A program made the position numbers and the translations under genes. Below the pieces are notes generated by a model that was given only the letters and a program-made list of their open reading frames with translations, was not told the origin of the DNA and searched no databases. Shown piece after piece: positions 36,354 to 49,493 of a stretch of 64,000 nucleotides of DNA (position 1 is its first letter; each line of letters begins with the position of its first letter). Origin of the DNA: Marsupella aquatica (Eukaryota; Plantae; Marchantiophyta); assembly GCA_973895155.1 (NCBI GenBank), contig OZ316898.1:13422330-13486329 (forward strand). The letters are read 5' to 3'.

Positions 36354-36463
36354 GCTCCAACCAATGCTTCAACTCGCGCTACAGTCCGATCCAGTGTGTA
36401 GACGGCTGCACCCCGAGTCGGAATTTCCCTGCCTAAATAAACGCGCGAGTCGGAACATTGTGC

Positions 36464-36559
36464 TTCAGTTGAGTGTAGATTTCAGTTGATTGTAGTTCAG
36501 TCGAGTGTAGATTTCAGTTGATTGTAGTTCAGTCGAGTGTAGATTTCAGTGGATTGTAG
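36464..36559. repeat. 3 x 32-bp tandem repeat downstream of the cysteine-rich gene
   Basis: TTCAGT(T/C)GAGTGTAGATTTCAGT(T/G)GATTGTAG x3. Each unit is made of 17-bp and 15-bp subunits. Confidence 0.9.
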
Positions 36560-38401
36560 AGCATGCAGGCGTGAATATAACGCCAGACCAGGGGGCCGTG
36601 GATACCTTACTGTCAGGAGTTCCCTTTGGATAGAAGACGGGCCTATAATTATGGGTATAAATGAGTCTAGACGCTATCCCAGAACTTCATCCCTAGTGAT
36701 CATACTAGTTTGATTTGATGGATTCATTCTACTTATTGGGCACCGCTTCAACCCACCCAAGGCTTGCCCCAACAGAGTATATTGAGGTCTGCTAGAAAAT
36801 AAAGCCCTGTAAAAGCCATTAGCTGTTGTTTTGTTGAGTTCTTTTCACAGACTGAAACCTTACCTTAATTTGTCCTTGGTTAGAGTTCCACAATGTTTAG
36901 GGTTTTTCTTCGCTGTGCTTTTCGGCCAGTTATGTTCCTATTCGGAAGGTCTTAACCTCCTTTGGTCACCTGGACCTACAGAGTTTTGTTTGTGTACTTT
37001 TTGTGTTCGTTTCTCTCCCATATACATATTTTGCTGTTTACTAATGAATTCTGAGTGTATACTAAGTACGTGTCACGAGATTTCAGCTACATCCTGCGAG
37101 GATGCACACATATCCCAATTCCCACTATCTAGGCACGTACTGCAAACCTATGGAGCTTGCTGGAAGCACAGCGTTCGCGCTAGTTCCGAAGCAGTCTCTG
37201 CCTTTCCTTCCCTGACATTGTCTATACTGGCTATGGAATTAGTCCAGCCTGACTATTCGACAGCTCCTCCCGCGGCTATTCTGCATTGATTGGCACAGCG
37301 ACAATCCATGTCAAATGAGTCGATAGCGTCATCTCGATTTCTGACTTTGTGTGTCTTCAGTGAGTCCTCTATCTACTTCTTAAGCTACAGCAGCACTGCA
37401 CAATTTGATTTTGTTATTGTTAGAGCTACTGGTCGAGACTCGTAGATAACCGCCTATTCGAATTAGATTCGAAGTTCTCCCAGCTGTACGTCCCGACTAA
37501 ACAAAATTGTCGGAGTGACGTGGGATCATCCAAAAGGAAAACAAACGAGTTTCAATACACTGGCTGACGCTATGGGCGAGGAATTGTCCTCAGCTTTGCT
37601 TTTGTAGATTATCTCATCATGCGCGCGAAAGATTCGAGCCAGTACTATGACGTACTATTGCATATACCAAACGACTCTGCGAGAGAGAAACGACTCTCAC
37701 TAGTCAACAATGCACGAGTCTCTCAGTACTTTCTTACAGGGTTGTGATTCCCACATACGGACAGTCCTCTCAGCACAAGTACTTTCATCATTGAGACTAT
37801 ACATGCACAGACGGGATGGGGCTAACGCTGAATGAACGTTGTTTTGGCTTGCCGTTTCTGTGATGATTGATTGTTCACCGCAGTTTTTCTCACATTGAAT
37901 ATTATTTCCATCTCCGTTGCGGCTCTGACTTTCAACTAGTAAGGTGCATTGGAAGAGCTGGGTTAAAATCATGTGAAGCGGATTTTGCGAAGCTTTCACC
38001 TGACGTTGTCTCTTTGTTGAGACGAATGCTAAACCTACATACCTCAGAGACTACTTGGTCATGGTGGGCGTAAATTGCAGATGAAGCTCCTCCTTTGGTC
38101 GATCTCTCATCTTCGGGGCCCTGGTGGTTTCAAAATCATCGCTGCCTGTAAAATCTGATCTTGAGCTGATGAAAGCTGGTTTGGCGATTTTGAGCTCCGT
38201 AGCCAGAGGTTCGTCTCATGCAGTGTATCCCTCTCTCTGATACGAAAAGAAGGAAAGAATGATTCATTAGGAATCTCACTACGTAGGTGACAACTTTTGA
38301 TCCTAACTGTAGCGATTGTAACTGTCATTTCAATGCGAGCTTTCTAAGAATACCAAGAATCTGGGGCATTTAAACTTCGATGCAAATTCCATGCAATTCC
38401 T

Positions 38402-38475
38402 CAATTCTGGGATCCCTTTCATTTTACATCCAGACGTAATGAAAGGATGTAAAATGAAAGGGATTACGGACATTG
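38402..38475. other. Hairpin with a perfect 20-bp stem (miRNA-precursor-like or fold-back remnant)
   Basis: ATCCCTTTCATTTTACATCC (38412-38431) pairs with GGATGTAAAATGAAAGGGAT (38445-38464) around a 13-nt loop. Imperfect basal pairing extends about 10 bp further. Confidence 0.6.
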
Positions 38476-39143
38476 GTGTAAAGCTCCAACAACTGAATTT
38501 TTCTAGAGAAGTTTCTCAGCTTTAATCTTCTTCTACACTACTCTTTTGAATACAAATCAGCCTTTGGTCCATGCATGCGCAAGACATGTGCATGTCAAAT
38601 CATCATAAATCGTCCTAGCTTACAAAGCAAGAACTTCGAGACGGTACATAGCTTCTCACAGCTTCAACTTTTGGATTGAGCTGATCTGACTGGCTTGTCA
38701 GTTTCCGGTATCCATGATTTATGGCCATGGTACTTGCGTACTGAAAGAAAACTAAGTTGGAGTGGCCCGACAACTCTTTCATTCTATTTCATTCAGATCT
38801 GAGGGTGCAGAGCCTTGTTCATTCACCTTGCTCTTTTGCTAGACTTCACTAATTATACAGAATTCATTTCCTGATGGGATCGAAGTGACGGATTGGGAAA
38901 GCTTCTAGCGGAAAGTCCTGTATAGAGGTACATCAAACGTCTAGATTGCCTACCTTGTCTTTGGATGGCTGTGTAGACGTCGTGGGATTGTTGACTGAAG
39001 CAGATCTTGTTGTTGACGGCTTACTACCTCGAACCTGAAAAGAGAAAGATTTCCGTTTTGGTCGGCTCGAGTTTGCTCGAGTATTTCCCATCTTCAGAGG
39101 ATGACTTGGGTCCTCACTGCTAAACTCAAACAAACAATACATT

Positions 39144-39480
39144 GCTGGGGTCTCAAGGAGTATCTCATATCAAGTTCTAAATTTTGGAGGAATAAACATC
39201 TTTTCTAAATTTTGGAGTAATAAACACACTAAAAGTTAAAAGTTAAGTCAATAAATTATTTTTTAAGAATTTGTTAACCCCTAATTTAATGGAATATTCT
39301 AAGAATATTCTTATATTTGATTTTAAAAAACCCTATGATTCTTATAATTCTCAAAATTGTATTAAAATAACTCTAATGTTCTTCAACAAAAATTTGAAAG
39401 TATTTCACTAAACCTAATAAAAAAAACCCAATACTTATTCGCGCGTGATAGGTCGGAAGAAAAGAAGTGAGGACCCCGGG
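39144..39480. mobile_element. 337-bp AT-rich MITE with a 9-bp target-site duplication (Mutator-like; hAT if the TSD is 8 bp)
   Basis: CAATACATT occurs at 39135-39143 and 39481-39489. Imperfect TIRs GCTGGGGTCTCA / TGAGGACCCCGGG. Confidence 0.7.
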
Positions 39481-40204
39481 CAATACATTTCAAAGAAGTC
39501 AGCTGAAGGATATTTTTGAACTTAAATCTGCGTAAGTCGCCCCAAATGAGATGGTAACTCCATTTTTGTCATTAACCTTTACTTTTAGGAGTGTATGTCT
39601 ACCAGGGACCTTAGGTTCATGTGCTCAGTCCATCCTGGCCTCAAGTTCTGGGATGTTATATATGTCAAAATAATGATCATGCATGATCATTTTTTTATTA
39701 ACATTCAAAGAAAGGGCACATAAGCTCGTTTATATACAAACCCTCAATTCAAGATTTTGAATGATCATTTGAGTTTTGGATGCAAGTGGCATTGTATTTA
39801 GATTATGGATGAGCTTCTCTAATTTCTGTCATCACTCGGTTTGTGATGTCCAGTTTTGTAAGCAATGTGATTGGCTGAGTTGATCTATGTCCCCATCCTC
39901 CTGATTTCATACATGAATGCCTAATATTGATTGATATAATGTTTGAATAGCTTGTCATTGGCTCATTATTTGGAACTTTTTATACATGTGTTTAATACGC
40001 TTCAACTCTCTCTGCCAGGCTAGCAATGGCAGGATTTCTAATGTGTCAATCATGGAATTTGGTGGGTACCAACACAAAGGCAGCTTTAACGCCAAGTTTC
40101 CCAACTCAAACACAAGGATATCCTTCCCTCTTGGATTACAAGGCTCTCTTTGGCTTCGTGAACATAGTGCCCATGCAAATGTGTTAAAAAGACCCTGCTT
40201 TTTA

Positions 40205-40288
40205 GAAAGAAAATACTTTTTTGGTTTAGACCCACAAATTTCCCATTTTTGAATATAATGCCCAGGCGCTGTGTTTGAGGGAAGACAG
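40205..40288. mobile_element. Older, degenerate terminus of the same Tc1/mariner family as 22619-23660
   Basis: GAATATAATGCCCAGGCGCTGTGTTTGAGGGAAGACAG aligns with the TIR GAATATAGCGCCCGGGCCTTGTGTTCGGGGGAAGACGG. Confidence 0.6.
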
Positions 40289-41125
40289 CACAGGATGCTG
40301 TTTGGGCTTCGTTTTCCTTATTTACACAGTACTTATTCACAAAAATACATTAAGCTCTTCTTGGATGCTATTTGGGCTTCCCCCCACTTAGTTCATCTGC
40401 ACCAGTGCTTTGTATCCGGTGTCAGGCCCCCAACAGGCATCATTATAGCAGTGACCTCTCGTTTACCCTTGCACCAGTCCTTGGCATTCGCAACATGCCT
40501 GTAAATGAGCCATTTCCGGCCTCATTGGCCCCTCGGGCGGCCCTTTGAGTACTCAACTAGTTACAATAACCAGCATCAATCTTTATCCAAGGCAGAAAAT
40601 CCCGAATCGGCCATTCAGGGGTGGGTGAAATCACTACTTTTCAAGTTTATTACATTATTTGTGTATCATGCAGTCTAACTTGAGAGAGCTTGATGCAACT
40701 TTAGAGCCAAGTCAGTGGAAATGACGGTACTTTCCAGGTCCATCCACTAGAAAGACCTCCAAGAACATGAATGTAGAGGGCCCTGCAAGTCTGCTATAAT
40801 ACCATAAGACTAGCTTGAATGCCCATTGTTTCATTCAAGCTTGCTCTGCCATGTACAGAAATTTTAGAGGTGAGGACATTCATGCCCTCTCTGTCACTTT
40901 CAAAGATTTATCATGCCCCCAATCCCTGTTTTCCACCCTCATCCTCAACGTCAGTTACACCCTAAGGGTCACAGTCTAGAGGTTTCATCCTAAAATCTAG
41001 GCCCATGACTTCTGATTGTGATTATGTAGCTAAATTGAATTTTGACAGCCACAAGTTTAAATTGATCAAACAAGACCATTGTTGAATCACCATACCATAC
41101 TCCACTTGAGTAGAATGCCTCAAGC

Positions 41126-41297
41126 CTCAATTTTGATTCCGTCATTGAGTACCTGGCACCTCAAGAGTCCATCTATCTAGTCATCACTGGAGGTACCAAA
41201 CTCTACACGATTAAGAATGGCCTCTAATCTCAATTTTAAACCCGTCTTTGAGTACCTGGCACCTCAATAATCCATCTATCTGAGTCATCATTGGAGG
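41126..41297. repeat. Tandem duplication, about 100-bp period
   Basis: CTCAATTTT...CCGTC.TTGAGTACCTGGCACCTCAA...TCCATCTATCT..GTCATCA.TGGAGG occurs twice. Confidence 0.8.
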
Positions 41298-42394
41298 CCT
41301 AATTTGGGAAGTTGCTCTCACTTTGGCAGTGGCGGGAATCCAGCTAAGGCAGGAACAGGACCTGGGCAAGAAACTCTTACGAAAACAGCATTCAATATTG
41401 AGGGATGGGTAAGAGCGGGAAAACCATCTGTGCTCGTGATTGACTATTGACAATCTAATTATTTGAAAATTACTGGAGTTGTTCGTTCCTCATGGAGAAA
41501 TAGTTGCTCTTCAATCTAACCCAACAAAGCAATAAGGAAAACCACAGCTACTAACACAACTTGTACATTGTCGAGAGATAATGAGACAAGAAAAAGTGCT
41601 CAAAAACCTCTTGAAGAGTGACTCCGGGGATCGGGCCATGGGGGCAGAGCAGACACGACTTAGTTGCAAATTTTCATTGTAGGACGTTTTAGAAGGTCAG
41701 CACGGACAATAATCGGACAAGAAGCATGACCCTGACTGTTCCTCTGGTAAGGTTAAGATATGTGATCAATCTCCAACTACAATAACTATAGCTGCGCTTC
41801 CATCAGTTCCTTGACAACAGCTTATAGAGAGCAAGGTCAACTACCTACCATCCAGAAACCGAAACAGTTCTTTGAGATTGAGGAACTGGGTATTTGCACG
41901 GGCACCCGTATAGAATTTTATTGTAAAGCTAATTTACAAAAATTGGAGCTCTAAATAACTCTGGGAGGCAGTTAAGATGTACATGATACAAAGGGGACTT
42001 ACCGATGAAGTCCCACCGATCCCTCTTTTACCTGTGGAATGATCTAACAGCTACCCCCTGTTTGATTTGAACTACAAGTTTAACAAAACACAGGTCTAAG
42101 AACTCGACTAGTGTGCAAGGAGCGTGTGGCTCTGTTTGGTGTGACGGGGCTTATTACCTAACCCAAGGAAACGAGGTTTCTGACAAATGAAACCTGAGAA
42201 GAAGTTGGTACAATCGCTTGCTCCGTAGTCCTGTACAGTCATGCGTCATTCGCTTCATCCCTCTGCACAAACCCCTAACCTACATAATCTACATTCCAGG
42301 TTTCGCAGATTCCGCAGATGCACACTCTGGAGACCAATATTTTCGCAGGAAAATGAATGGCATATATTCAAGAGAATTGTCATGGAGTCGAATT

Positions 42395-45300
42395 CTAGGC
42401 TGTTCTTCTAGATGAAGATCCTCGCCGCCGCCTGATTGCAAAGTTCTTGAATAGTTGATCACTGCACCAGAATGAAAGAAGGTTAAATATGGCTTCCCAG
42501 CGAGGAATTACCGTGATCTTCTATTGTGAGAGCAACCGCTTTGCAAGGCTTAATGGGTACATGTCCACTACATTCATCGTTATAACTGAACCTTGACACT
42601 TATATCTCGCGCAGTGATTGATGGGGATGGCCACAACCACAGGATTTCGAGAGCTGACTACACAACATAGAGTGTAAGAGCTGCAATATTTCTTAGAACC
42701 TCGGCAATGATCACTTACACGTCACAAAATCACAGAAAGCTGCAATATTGCTTAGAACCTACAGCAATGATCACTTACACTTCACAAGTCACAGAACAAC
42801 TGTACTGACGGGGATGATAGGGAACACATATCATGTCTGAATGAATCCGTGAAACAAGAGATTCGAAGATGGAAAATGCTCCGTCGGAAAGCTAATCAGG
42901 CCATCAAGAAGATGGGGAGAAGTCGAGTTCAAAGGGCTTACTTTGAAAAGTCGAGATGGTAACTTGTCACTCCACTGAGGATAAGTTCAGGCGTGTACAC
43001 TTTTGCACCTGCATGGGTACGTCTGATCCTCGTCAATATAGAGAAATAGACAAATGACACGTAAGACACAATTGGCATGAGTTATCAGCTGGAACAAACT
43101 TGGATTACATATGCTGAGATAAAATTTCCTGTACTTCTCTCGCATCACTTTCAACGGAGTATACAACATGTGTAAAACAACTCGGAAAAAAAGAAGGTTA
43201 CGGCCGAAATGATTGGTGTATAACTAACAAAGGGTAGAATCTACTGTACCTTGCTCAAGGAGGGGAATGCAATCCTCGAACTCTTCTTCTGATGATAAAA
43301 CAACACAGAAGTTGGACTGTTGCTCTCCATCAGGAGCAGGACCACAATATTGATCGACCACCTGTGACAGAGTACGATTTCAAGGTCAGTTTACCTGATC
43401 CATTTAACAAAACAGAGCCAAAGTCACTACCACACAAACGAAAGTTGTTCTAAAGAACAGAGAAAAGAAAGAGCCACACCTGGCCACCTGCAGATTTCAC
43501 GATCCTTGCAAGAGAGTCCGGTCCCGGTGATGTGCCAGGTGTGATATAAACTCTAATTCCCTGCGACCAGACAATTTGTGATGAGAATGTGCTGACGACT
43601 GTATATACAAGGGACGTCACAAGCGCTTGCTCAATAGCTTTTAGGTCCCCTGACATGTCCACTCGAGTCAAAGACTTTCTATTCTTCCATCCAAACCCTT
43701 TCAGACAGGAAAACCTCAGCTAGAGCCATCGTATGCCCTTGCAAACCTAAGTAACTGCAATTTGCAAATGAATCCAGCTCGACTGTAGAAATGTTGTTAA
43801 AATTACAATCGTATCTAAGGGTCTCTGTTTCTATTGTACACTCCGGCCACATTTCAACGAGAGGAACAACTACTGAAAAGCCTTGCAAAGTACATTCCGC
43901 ACCTGCAAGAGAGGCCTCTGCCGTGCCGCAATTAGTGTTGACATCATGGAGAATCCCATCTCTTCTTCTTTCTTGGTATCTTGAAGGAAAAAGTCCTCTT
44001 CGTCAACAAACCGATTAGCTTCGGAACATGTGTCCAGCCATCCAATATGAACTACTGGCTTTCCAGAAGCCATGGCCTCCAGCATGTTCCCTGTGCGGAC
44101 AAATTTGTCAGCCACAAAATGGGAACATTCTGAGGCAGAACTTGCCACTCGTCCACCCAACTTGGCCACAATCTGCTACAGTCGAGTTAACAAAAGGCTA
44201 CCACTGATCAGGTTACCCGTACAGCTATAAACTGAGAAGCCACGATATACGAGGAAATTTGCTCAAAACTACCAACCTCAAAATCTGATCGAATGTCTTC
44301 ACTTATCACAAATGTTTATCATCATCCTTGCCAGATCAGTCAATTCCATTGAAGAGTCTTTTCTTATGATGGTTTTACCTTTTTCTGTTGCTTGATAGTG
44401 TCCTCGTTCAGACCATGACTAAGCAGAACAGAAATTGCTCCAGTCCGCTTTCTTCGTTTGAAACTTGTTGGGCTGGTTTCCTTGGAAGAGTTGGGACTCA
44501 TGCTCAACTCAGATGTAGAAGGCACAAGGTCAGGCTCAGGCTCCTTCCGCTTGCGAGCACTTCTCGGACCTCCTTTTCCTCTAAACCGTCCAAGTAGTGG
44601 CGCGATTGGAGGTGGAGGAGGTAAATCATCATCTGAGGGATCCGTTATAGCTTCAGGTGGAGATAGAAAAACATGCCTAGCTCGTTTACGGCGCAAGCCC
44701 CGAGCAAGAGGCGGCCTTCCTGGAGTGGTCTGTGGAAGGTTTGAAAACGAGACATCGGCAATGCTGCGCATTCTTCTCCTACCAGTCATAAATTCGTTGT
44801 CAGATGGATGACAGTCGCCTGCAACTGTGCCATTCATATTGCCTGCACTCTGGTCGGGTGGGGAAACCACCTCGTCCCCATTCAATTTCCCTTGGTCGCT
44901 ACATGTGAAAGGCCAGGGCCTCCTGACCCCTTCTTCAATTCGACTCCGGACACTTCGCAGGCCTTTGCTCACTCTTCTGAAATTTGGAGCTGTGATCTCA
45001 TCTCCATTTCCGTCTACTTCTGGTTTGATGTGGCTCAGAGAACGAACTTTTACGCCACTGGTTTCATTGATGAGGTCTGGATCCTCGTCCTCGTCGGTCC
45101 CAAGTAGCCTAGCTACCGCAGCATCAGACATATTAAATCTCCTCTTGATCTTGTCCAAGTCACTGTAACTTGAGCCCATCTCTAAGGCTTCTGAGTTTCT
45201 TCTCCTCTGAACATTTTCCGCTTTTGGTTCTTCCTTCAAATCTTCACCTTCTTCTTGGCCGGAGCTATCTGCAGCAGAATCAACAATATCTTCATCTTTG

Positions 45301-48300
45301 ACTTCAATCTGCTGTCTTGAACTTCGAGGGCTCCTTAAACCTACACTCTGCCCTCGTAAATCTTCCACAAGCGGACCAGCCCAGGTGACTCTTCGTCCTC
45401 TTCCCTTGTCACGACTGACAAAACTATTAGGACCGCCCGAAGCATTGGCATTCTCTAGGGGTTTGGAACTATATCTAGTCTGGCTACGACCTCTGCGAGT
45501 GGCCTTAGGTGGGGCACTCTGTATTTCGTTGTCAACCGTTGGCTTTCTTTCATCCTTGATATCATTTCTCAATGACACCACGTCCGAGGCAATAACAATA
45601 CTCTCATTACCCTCGTCTTTCAGTGATACCTTGCAACTTCCCGTAGTGGGATTACTCTTCGGCGATTTTACCATCTTCTCTATGACCACCTCAACAGCGC
45701 CGGGACCAGTATCAGCATCCGGAATCGGTAAGTTCGCGAGGGTATCTTGGCCTTCAGACTGATCTGTTCCTGGAGTGTTGACCGAAGCGGGTAAACTTCC
45801 TTCTAGGTGTCCATTTAGCCTTGAATGGTTCACAACTGTGATTGACTGGAGCTTAATCCCATCCAGAAGGGGCTTGGAGGACCCGTGATGGTTCTCAACT
45901 GTTTCAAAAAGACTTCCAGTTTCCACGTCTTCTTCATCACTTCCGTGCTGGAGTTCGGAAATTGGATGCAAGTTCACGAAATCATTCACATTGTCAGAAA
46001 CTTTACCATTTTGTGGAAACATCTCCTGGTTCACTGCGGACAACTTTTCCACATGACCTCCAACAATATGTGCCAATTCACCATTGCCATCTGTTTGCAA
46101 CGAGGGAGAGCAATTTGCCTTGTTCAACATTCTGGAAACCCTCTCAGACCCACTTTCCATGGAGCTGACAACATTGTTTCCCGCAACCTGATGGGATAAG
46201 CCTGCATCACAGATATCTCGTTGCATCAAGCCTTCGTCCATCTTGTCTGGGGCGTTGGCTTCCTGCAGAAGACAGTGAAAATTGCCTGTGGCTGCTTCGG
46301 CCACAACACTAGTTTGAGCTTGAAAAGCTTTTGGACCAAAACTTGATCTACTTTGAGCAGAAGGCGGTCCGTCTTCTTTGCAAAGGTTCTCAGAATCACC
46401 CCATTGCGTATCAACGCGTCTCTCACCTGTTTCCTTCGGCACATCTAGCGCCTTGGATGAATCTTTTGAGGCGATTGTAGCTTCTTTGCTGTGTTCTAAC
46501 CTGGACTCATTCGAAAAACTTTCCGGCCTAGCTTGCTCTACAAGAGGTTTACTCCTTTGCTGATGAGGGGAAACTTTCAGAGTCGAGACAAGCCACATCT
46601 TTTCTGAAATGAAAGTGTTATCCGTCCCTCCAAACTTGCTTAAGCATTTATCAGAGATTCCAGATCGCGTATCAGTCGCACTTCCCAACCGCTCCTGATG
46701 GGATTCTGTGAAATCAGGAGCTGCTGCCTCTGTAGACCCTTGCTCCTGCCTAATATCCACGGCCGTTGATCCATTTGCAGGCCTACTTCCTTGCTGTTGT
46801 TCCTTCTTAACCTCAGTTCCTCCTGGTAACTTGGATAGTGATCCTTTATACTTATCTGTGTTCGAAATTGGCTTCACGAATTTAGTTTTCTCGGGCAGCT
46901 TCTCTCCCTTTTTGTTCCTACTACCAGTAACGTCCCCAACACCACCCTTCCTGGACCCGATACCACTTTGCTTCGACTGTCCTATATCAGTCACAGCTTT
47001 GGATGCCCCTCTGCTTGCACTGGCTTTTGTTGTGCCACCACCAAAAAATGAACCTGAATCGTCATTCTGGCTATCAACCCAATCAAACACTCCAAAAGGA
47101 TCATCCATACCAGCTTTTGCTTCAGCAACCTGTATCCGAGATTGAAGGACACTTTTGGCATGGGAAGGAGCCCGTGGAGGAGATTTTTCTTCTTCAAGTT
47201 GCAGTTCTTGAGGCAAACCAATAGCATTCAACCACACCAGTTTATCAACCATGTTCAAGGCCCGCGCTTGAGAGTCTTCACCTGGGCTCTGCGTGCTGAG
47301 GTAGCTCATGTCGCTTCCACCTGAGAACAACCCTGATCCAAATGAACTTCGCCTTTCCAATGACTTTCCAGCTGGAATTGAACGAATTCTGCATATTCAG
47401 GTAGGACATTCGGAGTTAAATCGTTTCGATTACTAGTCAAAGAATGCAAGCTGTTGTGTAATTCTGAGATGTATTCTAAGTAATCGGCGATTTTCACCAG
47501 AAAATGCATGCAGTGTTCAAGGCAATATTTTATCAGTGCGTATTGCTAGCATCTGAGAAGATATAGATGAAAAATGATTTTGACACTTACTCTCCGGAAG
47601 ATGAACGGTCTGCCTCCCTTTCCTTTCCTGGATTAACCCTCTGAAAGGAAGGCCGGCTTCGTGCTTCATTTCGATCATCTTCAGTGGCTACTATGCGTTC
47701 CTCCGCTGCTGGCTTAGAAACTTCAGGTCCCAACACAGATGACCCTTCACCCTGCATAGACGTACCCACTTTTGACAAGTCCCTGACCTCAGCAGCCACG
47801 CCATCCATGACTTTAACCGCCTCAAGATACTTGCCCGTCCCACGAGAATCTGCGTCTCTGTTCTTATTGGACAAAACAGAGGGGAAAGATGCAACAGAAT
47901 GGCCCCTTTCCTTAGTAAGCCTAGACACGCCGCTTGTGTCACCAAAAGAGCCTGCAACTTTCTGAGGAACATCCCTAGGCACTTCAATGTTGGTTGCGTT
48001 CCTTTCAACGTTCTGAACTTCGTCGCTTTTGGATCCTTGTGGTGTGGAATGAAGATATCTCCCTGAGCTAGGGCAGACGGAGGCTCGGAGTGAAGAGGCA
48101 TGTAATGATGCTGCTCTCATTGACCCAACCATTCGTGAAATCAATTGCGGAGCCCCGGTAGTTCGTGCATTCAACACCTCATTAATCCCTGATTCCGTAG
48201 GAGTAGGGCAGCTCAGCCCTACTTGCACAACCACGTTAAGCAGTTCGACATTTGATCCAGCTTCATCAATCCTGCCGATACCAAGATCAGCTCTGTTCTC

Positions 48301-49493
48301 TTCTTCCCACCCGTCCATCATGTATTCAGGCTCTGGTGACTTGTTGAGATCTTGTTTGCAAAAACGATTTGATACGCGTGTGGACGATCTTGGATCCGTA
48401 GTCTGTGTCAATTGGGGGTGTCCAGGATACGAAAGGTCTGAGTGCAAAACAGTTCAAAACAATTTCAAACGTTAGTTACGCCAGGCACGAAAAAATCTCT
48501 TTCTTATGGCTCCATCGAATTCCCAACGTGAGGCCTGAGACCCGTTAGGCCCTTGTCCAAAGATAAAAACAAACTTCTACCACAGCCCAGGAAATTAAGC
48601 AGCCTCAGCCTTCACCCATGACCTGAATACGAGTTTCAACACTCCACATCTTGATGCAGGGCACCACTTCGAGGTAACCATAAAACCAACATTGAAACAA
48701 GCTGGCTAGGTCCTACTGAGAGCAAAATGTAGTCACCTGTGTTGAAAGCACTGTTACTACGATTTTCTGTTTCATCTTCGGTGCTTGCGTCTGAATCCAC
48801 GAGCTGAAGACTTCTCACCGCAGTCTCCCAGCCTCGATCCTCACTCTGCCCTGTGACTTCTTGCCAACTTCCAACAGGTCCCTGACCACCATAATCCTGC
48901 CTGTTTGGGTCAAAGTCCTTGAGAAAATGAGGCACATCACCGTCTCTGTTCTGTAAGTCTGGATAGTTCGAAGCGCCTCCAGCTCTATTGCCAACAAAAT
49001 TCCTTTGATCCTTTGCTGAATGATCATGGACCCCATCATTCTCATCATCTGATAATATTTGGGTTTCCCCTAGATACCTGTCTCTGAATGGAAAATTCAC
49101 CTGAGCTCTACCAGACACACCCTCTATACTTCTGTCCCTGTGTGTGAATTCGGTCAGCCATTGAGACGGTTTCTGAGAAAATGCCGAACTGAAAGGGCTG
49201 AGAGCACTGTCAACTTCGCCATCTTTTCCAGAACTTGACCCGCTGTGCACCTCATCACCGTGGATCAGTTGCGTTTCCTTCGATGCTTCATCCTCACACG
49301 GCATCATTAGGCCTCCGTTCTTTCGAAAATCGTCGAAATTATGCTCATCGATGAGCTGCGTTTCCATGTCCAAGTCGAGATGTTGCCTCTTGTGTGCATT
49401 GTTGATGGGTCCCTCATATTGATCTACATTGACAAATGCAGGCAGCCAATAATAAGAAGAGGCAGACCACGTATTCCTCGACCCACCAGCCAT
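42395..49493 (-). CDS. BCP4: Tandem-BRCT DNA-damage mediator of the plant BCP3/BCP4 (MDC1-counterpart) family, about 1736 aa, 8 coding exons
   Basis: Exons 49493-48737, 48437-47591, 47388-44379, 44172-43903, 43560-43480, 43361-43250, 43008-42942, 42461-42395 total 5211 nt in frame with GT-AG junctions. C-terminal tBRCT (VLLSHGL..CSHFVADKFVRTGNMLEAMASGKPVV..W..C; GIRVYITPG; VYTPELILSG). N-terminal ETQ-hydrophobic repeats, DSDASTEDE, RAASL, an SQSQ-like and a DWD-like motif. The start codon is the least certain part. Confidence 0.85.

Noticed and set aside
36831-37289. 152-aa hydrophobic plus-strand ORF
   Set aside because: TTG start, T-rich intron/UTR-like composition and no family signature.
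44388-47965. Numerous plus-strand ORFs within 44-48 kb
   Set aside because: Antisense shadows of the large BRCT-gene exons.
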